Notes under the pieces: generated by a model
The model's input: only the letters and a program-made list of their open reading frames with translations
The model's database searches: none
Told to the model about the DNA's origin: nothing
Part shown: one piece after another, positions 51,470 to 61,936 of the stretch
How positions within the stretch are numbered: position 1 is the first letter of the stretch
Layout: each line of letters begins with the position of its first letter
NCBI RefSeq assembly: GCF_030028105.1
Contig: NC_092371.1
Span: 165,719,358-165,783,357, forward strand
Length of the DNA: 64,000 bases
Direction: 5' to 3'
From: Mobula birostris
Lineage: Eukaryota
Translations under genes and position numbers: made by a program

Positions 51470-51575
51470 CAAACTCTACCGTAGACTAACAGAAAATTTA
51501 CAAACTCTACAGTAAACTGGTGCAAAATTTACAAACTCTACAGTAGACCAGTGTAAAATTTTAAAATTCTACAGT
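51470..51575. repeat. Tandem repeat, about 31-bp unit x 3.5
   Basis: caaactctac(a/c)gta(g/a)ac......aaaattta repeated. Confidence 0.75.
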
Positions 51576-52662
51576 CTAAAGGCAAAACAGAGAAGAAAAT
51601 GTTCCAAGATGAAAAGAAGAATATTTTGGCTTTGTGAAGATGGCACAGCGTAAGGAGGCCCAATCACTTCTGTAGGACTTTGGCAGTGAGCCTGAACTTG
51701 GACATATTTGCAGCAGTAGAGCACAGGGTGAAGCAACTTTCAATCATTAAGCTGACGTAAATGTAAACAAAAATCTCAAATTGACCCAAAGCATTTATAA
51801 CTGAAAGTATTATAGTATAGGATAGTATATATTACAGTATAATTAGTCCACATAGGAAAAACAATGCGATGGACGCCAGTTCTTGTGGCATTGGCTTGGA
51901 GGTTAACTGATAATCAGAATAATTGGCAATCAAATCAATACATTGATGGGGACCTTTGTTTAAAGCCTGAATTACCTCCAAAAAGATAGTACCTACAATA
52001 TGGCACTGCCAAACCAACGTCCCCCCAAAGCAAGTCTCCAATGTTAGGGCAGAATTGCACCATTACTGCATAGCAACAAGTTGCAATGCTGACACTGTCT
52101 GAAGACATGTAGAGTCCCTCAAAATTGTTAAACCCAAAGTACTTCATGGGATTTAAATGGGGGAAAAATTACACTGAGCTTCAGGTGATATTGAATTTAG
52201 AAAGCATTGAAACTCAAGGACTACAACAATGAAACCACCTTCTATTTCTATTGCACCAAACCAACAGCAGAGAAAAACCAAGCACCAAGTTACATATATC
52301 CCAAATGTTTAGGCAATGGAATTGCATTTTAAAGTGTATTTGAGAAGGAGAGAGACAGTTTTTGGCAGTGGAAGGATAATTGGGCCTTGGAAGCCAATGG
52401 TGATGTTTTTTTTGCACAAATGTTAGTACGTAAGCAAATCCAGGTACTGCCATAAATTTGTTTTACTGGTGAAATATAACCAGACAAAGCAGTAGTATTT
52501 ACAAGGCAGGAGTTGCTAAAAATAACAACTAGCAGGTGATTATACTGTCCTTTGTATAACATGAGATAACTTAAGATTGTCCCAAACAGATACAGCTTGT
52601 GTTAAACAAGAACTATAGGGGAGCGGCTGTGTAGGGGATGCCTGCAACAAGTACTCAGATGT

Positions 52663-54855
52663 TCAGACAAAGGAATTGGTACTCTCTGGATTGACACGAA
52701 TGATTCGGGAGCCATTGCGGAGATCCTGGAGCTGCTTGGCTGGTGTCCCAACCCCCTCCTCGAACCGCCTCTCCACCACCGGGAGAACCGTCTCGTAAAG
52801 GAAGGAAACATTGTCCCGAATGAAGATTTTCTTCTCCGGGTCCTGCTCACAACGCAGGCTGTAGTCGACGTGCTGCACGGCCACCAGTATGATCTCCTGG
52901 AGGCTCTCCAACAGGACCATGTGCAGCTCTGGAAAGTACAGCTTCAGCCCTTCCTCCAAGAAAGCCATCAGCTGCTTGGTGAAGGCCACGATGGTGTAGC
53001 TGAGGTTGACCCAACAGTCGTCACCCGTGTACTGATCGAAGTTGGTGATTCCGCTAGCCTTCATCTCCTCCTTCAGTTTTGTCAAGGCCTCAGGAGTCAT
53101 CAGGTTCATCCTCCTCCACATCTCCTCAGAGTTGCGGTGCTTGGTGGCTTCCATGATGATTCCCTTGTAGCTCTGGAGCGCCGCCTTGATGTCCTTGACC
53201 AACAGCGCCTGTAGGGTGAAGGTGAGGTCCAGGCCGATCTCACGCAGCTTGTTGCAGTGCTCCTTGGCCACCTCCACGCACTCCGCTGTGGTGGACAGGC
53301 TCTCCTTGCTGTCGAACACCTGCTTGCTGAAGGCATCCACGAAGAGGCGAGTGGCCGAGCGCGACCACACCACGAAGGCCGAGTAGCAGCCGCTGTCGCC
53401 AGCGAAATCCATCTCGAACTCGCGGGCCGTGTCGAGCAGGCCGGTGAAGAAGATGTTGCAGAGCTTGTGGATGTAGAGCAGGGTGGCGCCCTCGATGCGC
53501 AGCTGGCGGATAGCCGTGTGCACAGCAGCCGCCCGGTTCTTCAGGAACAGCTCGCACGCCTTGGTGGACTGGCCCAGGCGGATGAGCTGCGAGACGGCGC
53601 GCCGGGTGGCCCGTGGGCCGCCGCGCAGCGAGCGCCCGGGCGACAGCTCGTACACCAGCACGTCGGTCAGCCGGCGCACCCGCTGCTCCACCCGGCTCCT
53701 CAGCTGCCGCACACCCGGCTGACCGTCGGCGCCACTCACGTAGGCTGACAACTTGTCCAGCAGATCCACGGCACCCTCGAAGTCCCGCTGGGCGATGCAC
53801 ACGTCCAGGTCCTCGGGCAGCTCCTGGATCCAGTCCAGGCTAAGGTCCAGCGGCTGGAGGGGCGCCCGTTGCTCCTCGCCCTCTCTCTCCTCCTCCTCGA
53901 ATGGGTTGGTACTGCCAGACGCCAGGGGTCTCCTGCGCTGCTCCTCCTCCTCCTTCTTGGCCGCCGCCAGCCGCAGGGCCTCGGCCTTCTCCAGCTCCCG
54001 GCGCTCGTTCAGCGCCTTGTTTTTCTTGGTCTGGTCCAGGATCTCCAACCACTCCTTCTTCACCTTGGCGTTCTCGGCCTGGAAGACGCGAGTGTCGGGG
54101 AACATCAGCACCTTGAACATGTCGCGCATCGGGCCCGCGTCCTTGACGTTCACCACTGCGAAGCTGTCCAGCTGGTAGACGGCGTCGAAGCGGTAGCGGA
54201 GGCCGGCGCCGCGGCGGCCCGGCAGCCAGGCGGCCACCAGCAGGCAGTCGTTCATGAGGAAGGCGTGCACCCGCTGCAGCTGCGCCGCGCTCTCCGGGTC
54301 GCACTCCAGCAGGTCGCCGTTGTAGACCAGGTAGCGGCCGGGCGCCTGCAGCAGCTCCTGGCAGCCCTCCACCTTCTGCAGCAGCGGCGTCAGCGTGCGC
54401 TGCTTGTGCTCCTCGGCATCCCGCGGCAGCAGCGAGGAGTCCGACTGCGAGGAGGCGCCGGTGCTGGCGACGGACGAGGTCGAGGAGGAGACGGCCGCCC
54501 CGGTTTGCAGGAGCTGCTGCTGCTGCTGCTGCTGCTCTCGGTCGGCCGCCAGCAGCATCTGGGTCAGGCCGTCCATGATGCCCTTCTGCTCGGTGAGGAT
54601 GTGGCTGAGCTGGTACATCTCGCTCTCCAGGTACGAGATCTCCCGCGCCGTCTCGATGAACTGCCGGTAGTTCTTGTAGACGTTCTTCTTCAGGTTCTGC
54701 GCCGTCTCGTCGGCCAGGCTCTGGATCTTGTGCCGGTGCTCCTGCAGGTCGCGGTCACCGTCCGACTGCTGCGACAGCTGCTTCACGTAGAGCGCCGGGT
54801 CGAAGCGCATGGCCTCCAACTGGCGCCGCAACTTCCCGCCGCCGTCCACTGCCAT
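52663..54855 (-). CDS. EXOC8: Exocyst complex component 8 (Exo84), single-exon, 730 aa
   Basis: Uninterrupted ORF with LSQQSDGDRDLQEHR, LKKNVYKNYRQFIETAREISYLESEMYQLSH, a PH-like domain (HAFLMNDCLLVA) and an Exo84 C-terminus; intronless and head-to-head with SPRTN as in human. Confidence 0.98.
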   Translation of the reverse strand: MAVDGGGKLRRQLEAMRFDPALYVKQLSQQSDGDRDLQEHRHKIQSLADETAQNLKKNVYKNYRQFIETAREISYLESEMYQLSHILTEQKGIMDGLTQMLLAADREQQQQQQQLLQTGAAVSSSTSSVASTGASSQSDSSLLPRDAEEHKQRTLTPLLQKVEGCQELLQAPGRYLVYNGDLLECDPESAAQLQRVHAFLMNDCLLVAAWLPGRRGAGLRYRFDAVYQLDSFAVVNVKDAGPMRDMFKVLMFPDTRVFQAENAKVKKEWLEILDQTKKNKALNERRELEKAEALRLAAAKKEEEEQRRRPLASGSTNPFEEEEREGEEQRAPLQPLDLSLDWIQELPEDLDVCIAQRDFEGAVDLLDKLSAYVSGADGQPGVRQLRSRVEQRVRRLTDVLVYELSPGRSLRGGPRATRRAVSQLIRLGQSTKACELFLKNRAAAVHTAIRQLRIEGATLLYIHKLCNIFFTGLLDTAREFEMDFAGDSGCYSAFVVWSRSATRLFVDAFSKQVFDSKESLSTTAECVEVAKEHCNKLREIGLDLTFTLQALLVKDIKAALQSYKGIIMEATKHRNSEEMWRRMNLMTPEALTKLKEEMKASGITNFDQYTGDDCWVNLSYTIVAFTKQLMAFLEEGLKLYFPELHMVLLESLQEIILVAVQHVDYSLRCEQDPEKKIFIRDNVSFLYETVLPVVERRFEEGVGTPAKQLQDLRNGSRIIRVNPESTNSFV

Positions 54856-55238
54856 CCCTAACCGCCGAGACCGCGAGGCCGAGGAAAAAATCGAGTCCCA
54901 GGCCTCACCTCAGGATTGTCCCTCCACTTCCGCTCGCCCCTTCAGCTGACAGCTCCTTCCGCCCGGCGGAGAGCGGAGGCTCTGATTGGCAGCTGATAAC
55001 TAAGCCATTTATTTTCTTGATCCCCATTGGTCAGTGGAAATTCACCCCCTGACTATAGGTTGATTTCGTTTTGCAGCATGGCCAATCAGCACCCTCTCTT
55101 ACTTCTCATTGGTTGTTGCCCCACCCATCCTGGTTTCTGAGTGGCCCATTCGCGCAGATTGCCGGCGCGTCCATTGGTCTGATCGGGTCCATCGTCGTCA
55201 CGTGATATAGGAGGGTCTGGCGCTGATGGGCTGAGAGA
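54856..55238. promoter_or_regulatory. Bidirectional promoter EXOC8/SPRTN
   Basis: 383 bp between divergent ATGs; five CCAAT/ATTGG boxes (about 54985, 55026, 55082, 55108, 55173), an ETS-like CACTTCCG (about 54925) and E-box CACGTG (55199-55204). Confidence 0.85.
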
Positions 55239-55483
55239 ATGGAGGGAGATTTGCTGCTGGCCCTCCAGTTACAGGCCGCCTGGGAGGCCGAGGATGCCGG
55301 CGTCGCTGAGGTGGGCCGAGCGCGTCCAGCTGAGCCCCACGGCCCTCTTTCTGTGGTGGACGGGTCGTGGGAATTGATCGACCCGAACCCGGACCTGCGC
55401 GGCCTCTTTCTGCAGTTCAACGACATGTTCTTCTGGGGCCGGCTGGCCGGGGTGGAGGTGCGCTGGAGCCCGAGGATGACGCT
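55239..55483 (+). CDS. SPRTN: SPRTN (Spartan, DNA-dependent metalloprotease) exon 1
   Basis: MEGDLLLALQLQAAW...LSVVDGSWELIDPNPDLRGLFLQFNDMFFWGRLAGVEVRWSPRMT; donor CT/gtgagt. Confidence 0.96.
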
Positions 55484-57166
55484 GTGAGTTGGGGCCGGGG
55501 CCAGGGCAAACAGTTCGCACCGAATGATCAGCAGTTATGGTGGGGCTGATTTCCCCCTAACGTGACCTTTTCCTATCTATCATAAAGGAATGGATAAAGT
55601 AAAGGCTGGGCAGTTGTTTCCAATGTTTGGGCACATAACCTTAAAATTTGGGGAATTTCCCGAATAGTAGCGAATGTGTGGAATTCTTTGCCTAAGGAAA
55701 TAGTAGAGGTTACCTTATTAAACATATTGAAGACACTGTTAGACTAGCAGGGGAATTGAGGGTCATGGAGGCAGGTAGTTGGAGCAGAGTCCAATTACCA
55801 TGATATTACTGAATGGACAGATGGCGTGCTCCTGCTCCAAGTACTGTCCCCCTTGTCCACCTGAGTTTGTGCCAGTTTCTCAGCACCGCCCTGAGGAACG
55901 CTGCAGGAACCCGTCCTGGTGCGGATTTCATCGCATTTCGGGGAGAGTACTTTCAGTAAATGAGGTACAGGTTTAGTGTAGGTAAGTGACGTACAAGTTC
56001 AGCCATGATCCTAATGAGTGGCAGGGTCTGAGTGGTCTGTTCCCNNNNNNNNNNNNNNNNNNNNNNNNNNNNNNNNNNNNNNNNNNNNNNNNNNNNNNNN
56101 NNNNNNNNNNNNNNNNNNNNNNNNNNNNNNNNNNNNNNNNNNNNNNNNNNNNNNNNNNNNNNNNNNNNNNNNNNNNNNNNNNNNNNNNNNNNNNNNNNNN
56201 NNNNNNNNNNNNNNNNNNNNNNNNNNNNNNNNNNNNNNNNNNNNNNAAACACCCACATGCAAAATGCTGGAGGAACTCTCAGATCAGGTGGCATCTATGG
56301 AGAGGATTGAACAGCTCATGTTTCGGGGTGAGACTCTTTGTCGGGACTGGAAAGGAACAGGGAAGATGCCAAAATAAAATGGTGGGGGGAGGGGAAGTGG
56401 TTAGAAGCTACAAGCTGGAGAGTGATAGGTGAAGCCAGCTGGGAGGGGATGCTGTAAGAAATTGGTAGGTGCCTCAATGGAAAAGGTAAGCTCCTGGAGA
56501 AGAAGGAATCTGTGAGAGGAGGGTGGACCATGGGAGAAGGGAAAAGAGGGAAGGTGGAGGGGAACTCTCGATTGTTTAATCCCCTCAATGGATGCTAACT
56601 GACTTATAGAGTTGTACAATTTATTCAGCTCTCCTTTCTGGTATCGATTCTGCTCATTGCCAATCTCTACAGCTTCTGGGTGCTGAGTTGGATCATGCCT
56701 TGTATCTGTCCACTCGAGTCTTTCAAATCAAAACTAAGTTGGTCAGATAGTTGTTTGGGGAGGGATATCTAGTTGTCAACTGGAACCAGAAGTAATGGGT
56801 TGGGGGGGAAAGGTGAAATATTGAAGGGGAACTTCACCCAGAGGGTGGTGAGAGGGTGAAATGAGCTGCCAGCAGAAGTGGTGGCTGTGGGTTTGATTGC
56901 AGCACTTGAGGATGTGGTTGGGAGGGGTGTGGGGGCTGTGTTCCAGGTACAGATCGATGGGAATAAAAGTTCGGCATGGATTCGATGGGCCAAGGTCTAT
57001 GTTTCTGTGCTGTAGTGTTCTATGATTCCAGTGTACATTTCTAAACAAAAATGTGATCAATCATTTGGAAATAAATCTTTAGTCTGGTTCTGTGTTGTCA
57101 ATATAACATTTGCAGTTACAGTATTTCAAATGTTTGGTACCACTTGTCTGCTTTGCATTGTTACAG

Positions 57167-57266
57167 ATGTGCAGGTTTATGCTGCTACGAGGGGCGAGGG
57201 GGACTGTGTTCAATACGCATCAGTGAACCTCTGTTGAAACTGCGAGCCAGGCGTGACTTGGTTGAA
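57167..57266 (+). CDS. SPRTN: SPRTN exon 2 (CAGLCCYEGRGGLCSIRISEPLLKLRARRDLVE)
   Basis: ttacag acceptor, gtatgt donor, 100 nt, phase-consistent. Confidence 0.95.
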
Positions 57267-58079
57267 GTATGTGCTACGTAGTTTTAGTGTTTGGTACTTT
57301 AGGAACCCTGACAAGTCTGTTAAATGTTTTACTTCACTTTTGAATACAATACACACGGTGCACAAAAGGTCTCCCTTCCAGCTCTTGCTGGGTTCATGGG
57401 TCTGTGGTATGGTCCAGTCACAGGAACAGAATTCTCAGCACCTAGTGTCTGTCCACAAGTAATCCAAAGTTGCCTTATTCTTTCCAGAAATGTAAAATGC
57501 CTAATTCTGAAAAGTATGTTCTCACCGTTCCCACATGGCCAGAAAGATCTCCCGTTCACTATTCCTTTCTGAAAGGTATGTTCTCGCCATTCCCATGAGG
57601 CTAGGAAGATCTCCCGTTCACTATTCCTTTGCTACCATAGTGCTATGATCTCTATGACCTCACTTTCTAATCCAGCTAACCTTTACAGCTTCCCCAAGTT
57701 GTGAATGTAACGTGTCGGAAACCAGCCTCCCCTCTGGGACTCTCTCTATACTCCTTCCTGCCTCAGGAAAGCAGCTAGCATAATCAAAGACCCCCCACTC
57801 ACCCTGGACCTCTTCTCTTTTCGGGCAAAAGATACAAAAACACATACCATCAGGCTTAAGGACAAATACTCACATTTTACTTTATCTTTAGAAGTGAAAT
57901 GCAACCTTTATGTAATGATAGTTTTGGAGTGTGATGTCTGAACACATACATGCAAATCTGTAAGATATTAGAATGTCATTGTACTTTCAGTTAAGAAAAT
58001 GTTTTATTATGAAAAATATTTGGAAAGGAAACTTAATTACAATAACATAGTCACAACTTCCGTTTTGCTTTCTCAATAG

Positions 58080-58208
58080 ACACTGTTACATGAAATGATC
58101 CACGCCTTGCTGTTCGTTACAAACAATAACAAAGATCATGATTCTCACGGGCCTGAATTCTGCAAACACATGAACAGGATCAACAAGATGTCTGGAGCCA
58201 AGATCACT
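58080..58208 (+). CDS. SPRTN: SPRTN exon 3 with HExxH zinc-protease motif (TLLHEMIHA...HGPEFCKHM)
   Basis: tctcaatag acceptor, gtaagt donor, 129 nt. Confidence 0.96.
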
Positions 58209-58792
58209 GTAAGTACTGAGGCAGACACCAATTATGAGTCGTTCGCTTTTTTAAAAGTAAAAATCCCGAAGCACACATCAATCCCCACCTTCTGAGCTAA
58301 GGCGGTGATGAATGAAGCCATGGTTCACTGTGTCAGGGCTGGTGATGAAAGAGGATGTAATTGGATGAGCAGCTTTTCTTGGAATGGTTTCTGCCCATTT
58401 GTTGGCTGCATTTCTGCATGTGGTGGTTGAGCTTAAGTCCCAGAATATAAAACTGTACAGCACAGCATCAGGCCCTTCAACCCACTATGTTGTGCCAAAC
58501 CAATTAAATTAGTATTCACATGGCCAAATAAACTAAACCCTTCTGCCTACTTAATGTCCATATCCTCCCTTTTCCTTCACATTGAAGTGCCTATCTAAAA
58601 GTCTCTTGAATGTCTCTAATGTATCTGCCTCTACCAGCACCCAAGGCAACGGTTTCCAGGCACCCATCACTCTGCGTTGGTCTTTGTTATGAGAGGATTT
58701 AAACAGAGGAGCAAGGCTGCCTTACCTACTTGATGAGGCCACACTTGGAGTTTTGTGTGCATTTTTGGTATCCTTGCCTACAAAAAGATGTA

Positions 58793-59421
58793 TGGTGGAC
58801 TCCAGTTAATCGGGGCAGCAGCTTATTTGTGGCAACTCTTAACAAGAACAAATCGAGAAAATAGCTAGAATTCCCTTCGGTTACTTGGGATGCTGCCACT
58901 TAATTGGGACGGGAGACTGTTGTCAAACAGTCTATAACTAGCATCAGATGCGTGCACTTGTGTTGGGCATTAGACACTGCACTGTGCTCGGAGCGAACAG
59001 TTTTAAAGTAGCTTCAGTTGCTTGGTCGTGGTCACCTCCTGCATGCAAGGAACCCTAGCTTTGATGTCTACCCATACCAGTAGACCCAGACTTCCAAGGT
59101 CGAGAGAGTTGAGTTCCCCCAGTGCAATGCCATTTCCACTTTGAGATCCTTCCTGCAGAGGTTTCTTGCCATCATTTTATACGATGGACAACCACCAAAT
59201 CAACTATTAGGTAATACAGTTTTACAGTACTGCAGTAGTGTCGGTGTCCTAATTTGTTCTGTATTTCATTTAAATACATAATTTGTTTCTCAGTTAAATG
59301 GCAGTTTGCCTTTTTTATACCTTTTTAACTATTTCCATGAAACTTTGGCTAATTGGGGAAGCCACTTAATTGGGCCAAAATGTACTGGTCTCAATGTGTC
59401 CCAATTAACCTGAATCCACTG
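58793..59421. mobile_element. Non-autonomous Tc1/mariner (pogo/Tigger-like) element
   Basis: Imperfect TIRs tggtggactccagttaatcggg / cccaattaacctgaatccactg flanked by TA on both sides. Confidence 0.65.
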
Positions 59422-61668
59422 TATATGCCAAAGTTTCATTTGAGCAATTTTGCCATGTAGGGAGAGATTGAGTGGACTAGGTCTGTATCAGGCTTGTGAT
59501 GAATGAAAGGAGAGCTCATAGAAACGTACAAAATTTGTACAAGGGTGAAAGTTTAGAAAATTGAAGTTAATTTCTTCACCTGAAGTGTGCTGCATCTCTG
59601 GAATTCTCCACCCAAGAGGTTCATAGTGGGTCTCAGTTGTTGAGTTCAGCAGAGACGGAGCCACCAGGCTGAGATAGACGGTCAGGTTTGATCTTAACAA
59701 AGGGCAGAGCAGGCTCAAAGGGCCAGGTGGCTGACCCTTGCTCCTATTCTTGTGTTCTTGAACACAATCCAGTAAAATGTTGGTGATCCCTTGCAGCAGA
59801 GTTTCTTATAGTGGGGGAGTCTAGAACCAGAGAGCTCAGCCTCAGAATAGAAATATGTCCCTTTTGAACAGAGATGAGGAGGAACCTCTTTAGCTAAGGG
59901 GTGGTGAATCTGTGTAATTTATTTCTACAGGTAGCTGTGGAGGCCAAGTCATCAAGTATATTTAAAGTGGAAGTTGATAGGTTCTTGATTAGTAAGGGTG
60001 TTAAAGGTTACAGGGAGAAGGCAGGAGAGTGGGGTTGAGAGGAATAATAATCAGCCATGATGGAATGGTGGTGCAGGCTTGATGGGCTGAATGGCCTAAT
60101 TTTGCTCCTGTGTCTTGTGGTTTCATTGACCCCGGAGTAAATTGGCATAACGTCATGGGCCAAAGGGCCTGTTCTGCTCCTGTGTCTCATGAGGTATGGC
60201 ATGGCCTGCTCCAAATCAAAAGGGATATTGGTTCCAGCTCTAGGGCAGAAGCACAGAGATGTACTGTGATCAGGATGAGCTCCTTTGGTGAAATATGGAG
60301 GGGCATTTGTATCTTAAATGAAAAGTATTTATCATCCCAAGTAAAGTGCATCCAAAACCATTTAATAATTGTGTCCCATCCAGCTTAAATGTTTAATGAA
60401 TTTCTCCATTGCTGTGTCCATACATAAAGCACTGCAGCGTGGAACTGACCCTTTGGCCCGTGCTGAACTGTTACTCTACCTCGTCCCATTGACCCGCACC
60501 TGCAGCACTGCCCTCCATACCCCTCATCTATGTACTATCCAAACTTTCTAAATGTTGCAACTGAACATTTCTGCTGGCAGCTTGTTCCACACTCTCATTA
60601 CCCTCTGAGTATACAAGTTCCCCTTAAATATTTCACCTTTCACTCTTAACCTGTGACCACTAGTTCCAGTCTTGCCCAACCTCTGGAAAAAGCCGGCTTG
60701 CATTTAACTCTCTGTGCCCTTCGTCTGTCATTTCTCTGGTAATAATTTGCATGCTTGGCTTCTGAGTAACCCTAATTTTCATTACGACGTCATTGGCTGT
60801 CTTGTGCTGAAGTCCCACCCAAAATGACTGCAATTATCGACTTCTCTTTAACCTGGTTAGTGACCTTTTTAATGTTCTGGTGCCATTTTCTATTTCCCTG
60901 TTAATAACTCAGTGAAGTTCCTTGGAAATTTATTCCCTGAAATGTAGGGAAGGAGGGGAGATCTGATAGAGGTACACAAAATTATGAAGAGTTATGGATA
61001 GGGTAAATGCAAGCAGGCCTTCTCCATTGAGGTTGGGTGAGACTACAACTAGAGGTCATAGATTTAAGTTGAAAGATAAAATGTTTAAGAGGAGCCTGAG
61101 GGGAAAATTCTTCACTCAGAGTGTGGCGCCAGTGTGGAATGAGGTGGAAGTGGGCAGATATGGGTTCAGTTGAGAGAAGATTAGGTAGGTACATCGATGG
61201 GAGGAGTATGGAGGGCTATGGTCCATGTGCGGGTCAATGGGACTGGGCAGGATAATGGTTTGGCACAGGCTAGATGGGCGGAAGGGCCTGTTTCTGTGAT
61301 GTAGTGCTGTATAATTCTGTAATATATTACTATTATAGAAGGTACACAAGGCTGGTTGTCTGAGGTGTATTTACTAATAGGTCAATAACAGTGACACAAT
61401 CCTTAAATTGACCTGTAATGCTGATGTATCTGCAAGTATGACTTAGTTTGAAATGGTATGTAGCCTTGGAGAGGGTAATTTGTGTATGTGGTGTGTGCAT
61501 GCCGTTGGTTAGTCTGTTTGAATGTAGCTGTGATTATGGATGGAGTTTGCAGTCTGACTGCATTATCAAACATGAAGGATGGAGAGAAACACAGATTGGG
61601 AGGTGAACCTGAAGTGCTATTTCTAGCCACAGAATTGTTGCTTGTTTTAACATGTCTGTCTCTCTCAG

Positions 61669-61936
61669 ATTTATCACAACTTCCACGACGAGGTTGATGT
61701 ATACCGGCAGCACTGGTGGCGTTGTGACGGGCCCTGCCAAAACAGGCGGCCCTACTACGGTTACGTGAAACGGGCAATGAACAGAGCACCATCGGCTCGA
61801 GACCCCTGGTGGGCTGAGCATCGGCTGACGTGTGGTGGGACGTTCACTAAAGTTAAGGAGCCAGAGAATTACAAGGCAAAGAAAGGGAAGGCAGAAGGAA
61901 TGGCAGGCCATCTCTCAGGACCCCCTAAGGATAAAG
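61669..61936 (+). CDS. SPRTN: SPRTN exon 4 (IYHNFHDEVDVYRQHWWRCDGPC...CGGTFTKVKEPE...KDK); last exon is beyond the window
   Basis: tctctcag acceptor, G/gtactg donor, 268 nt; zinc-binding subdomain motif. Confidence 0.95.

Noticed and set aside
53869-54861. 330-aa antisense ORF and other ORFs overlapping EXOC8
   Set aside because: Shadow ORFs expected from the very high GC3 of the EXOC8 coding strand.
57507-57630. Two tandem copies of an about 62-bp unit in SPRTN intron 2
   Set aside because: Simple local duplication with no evident function.
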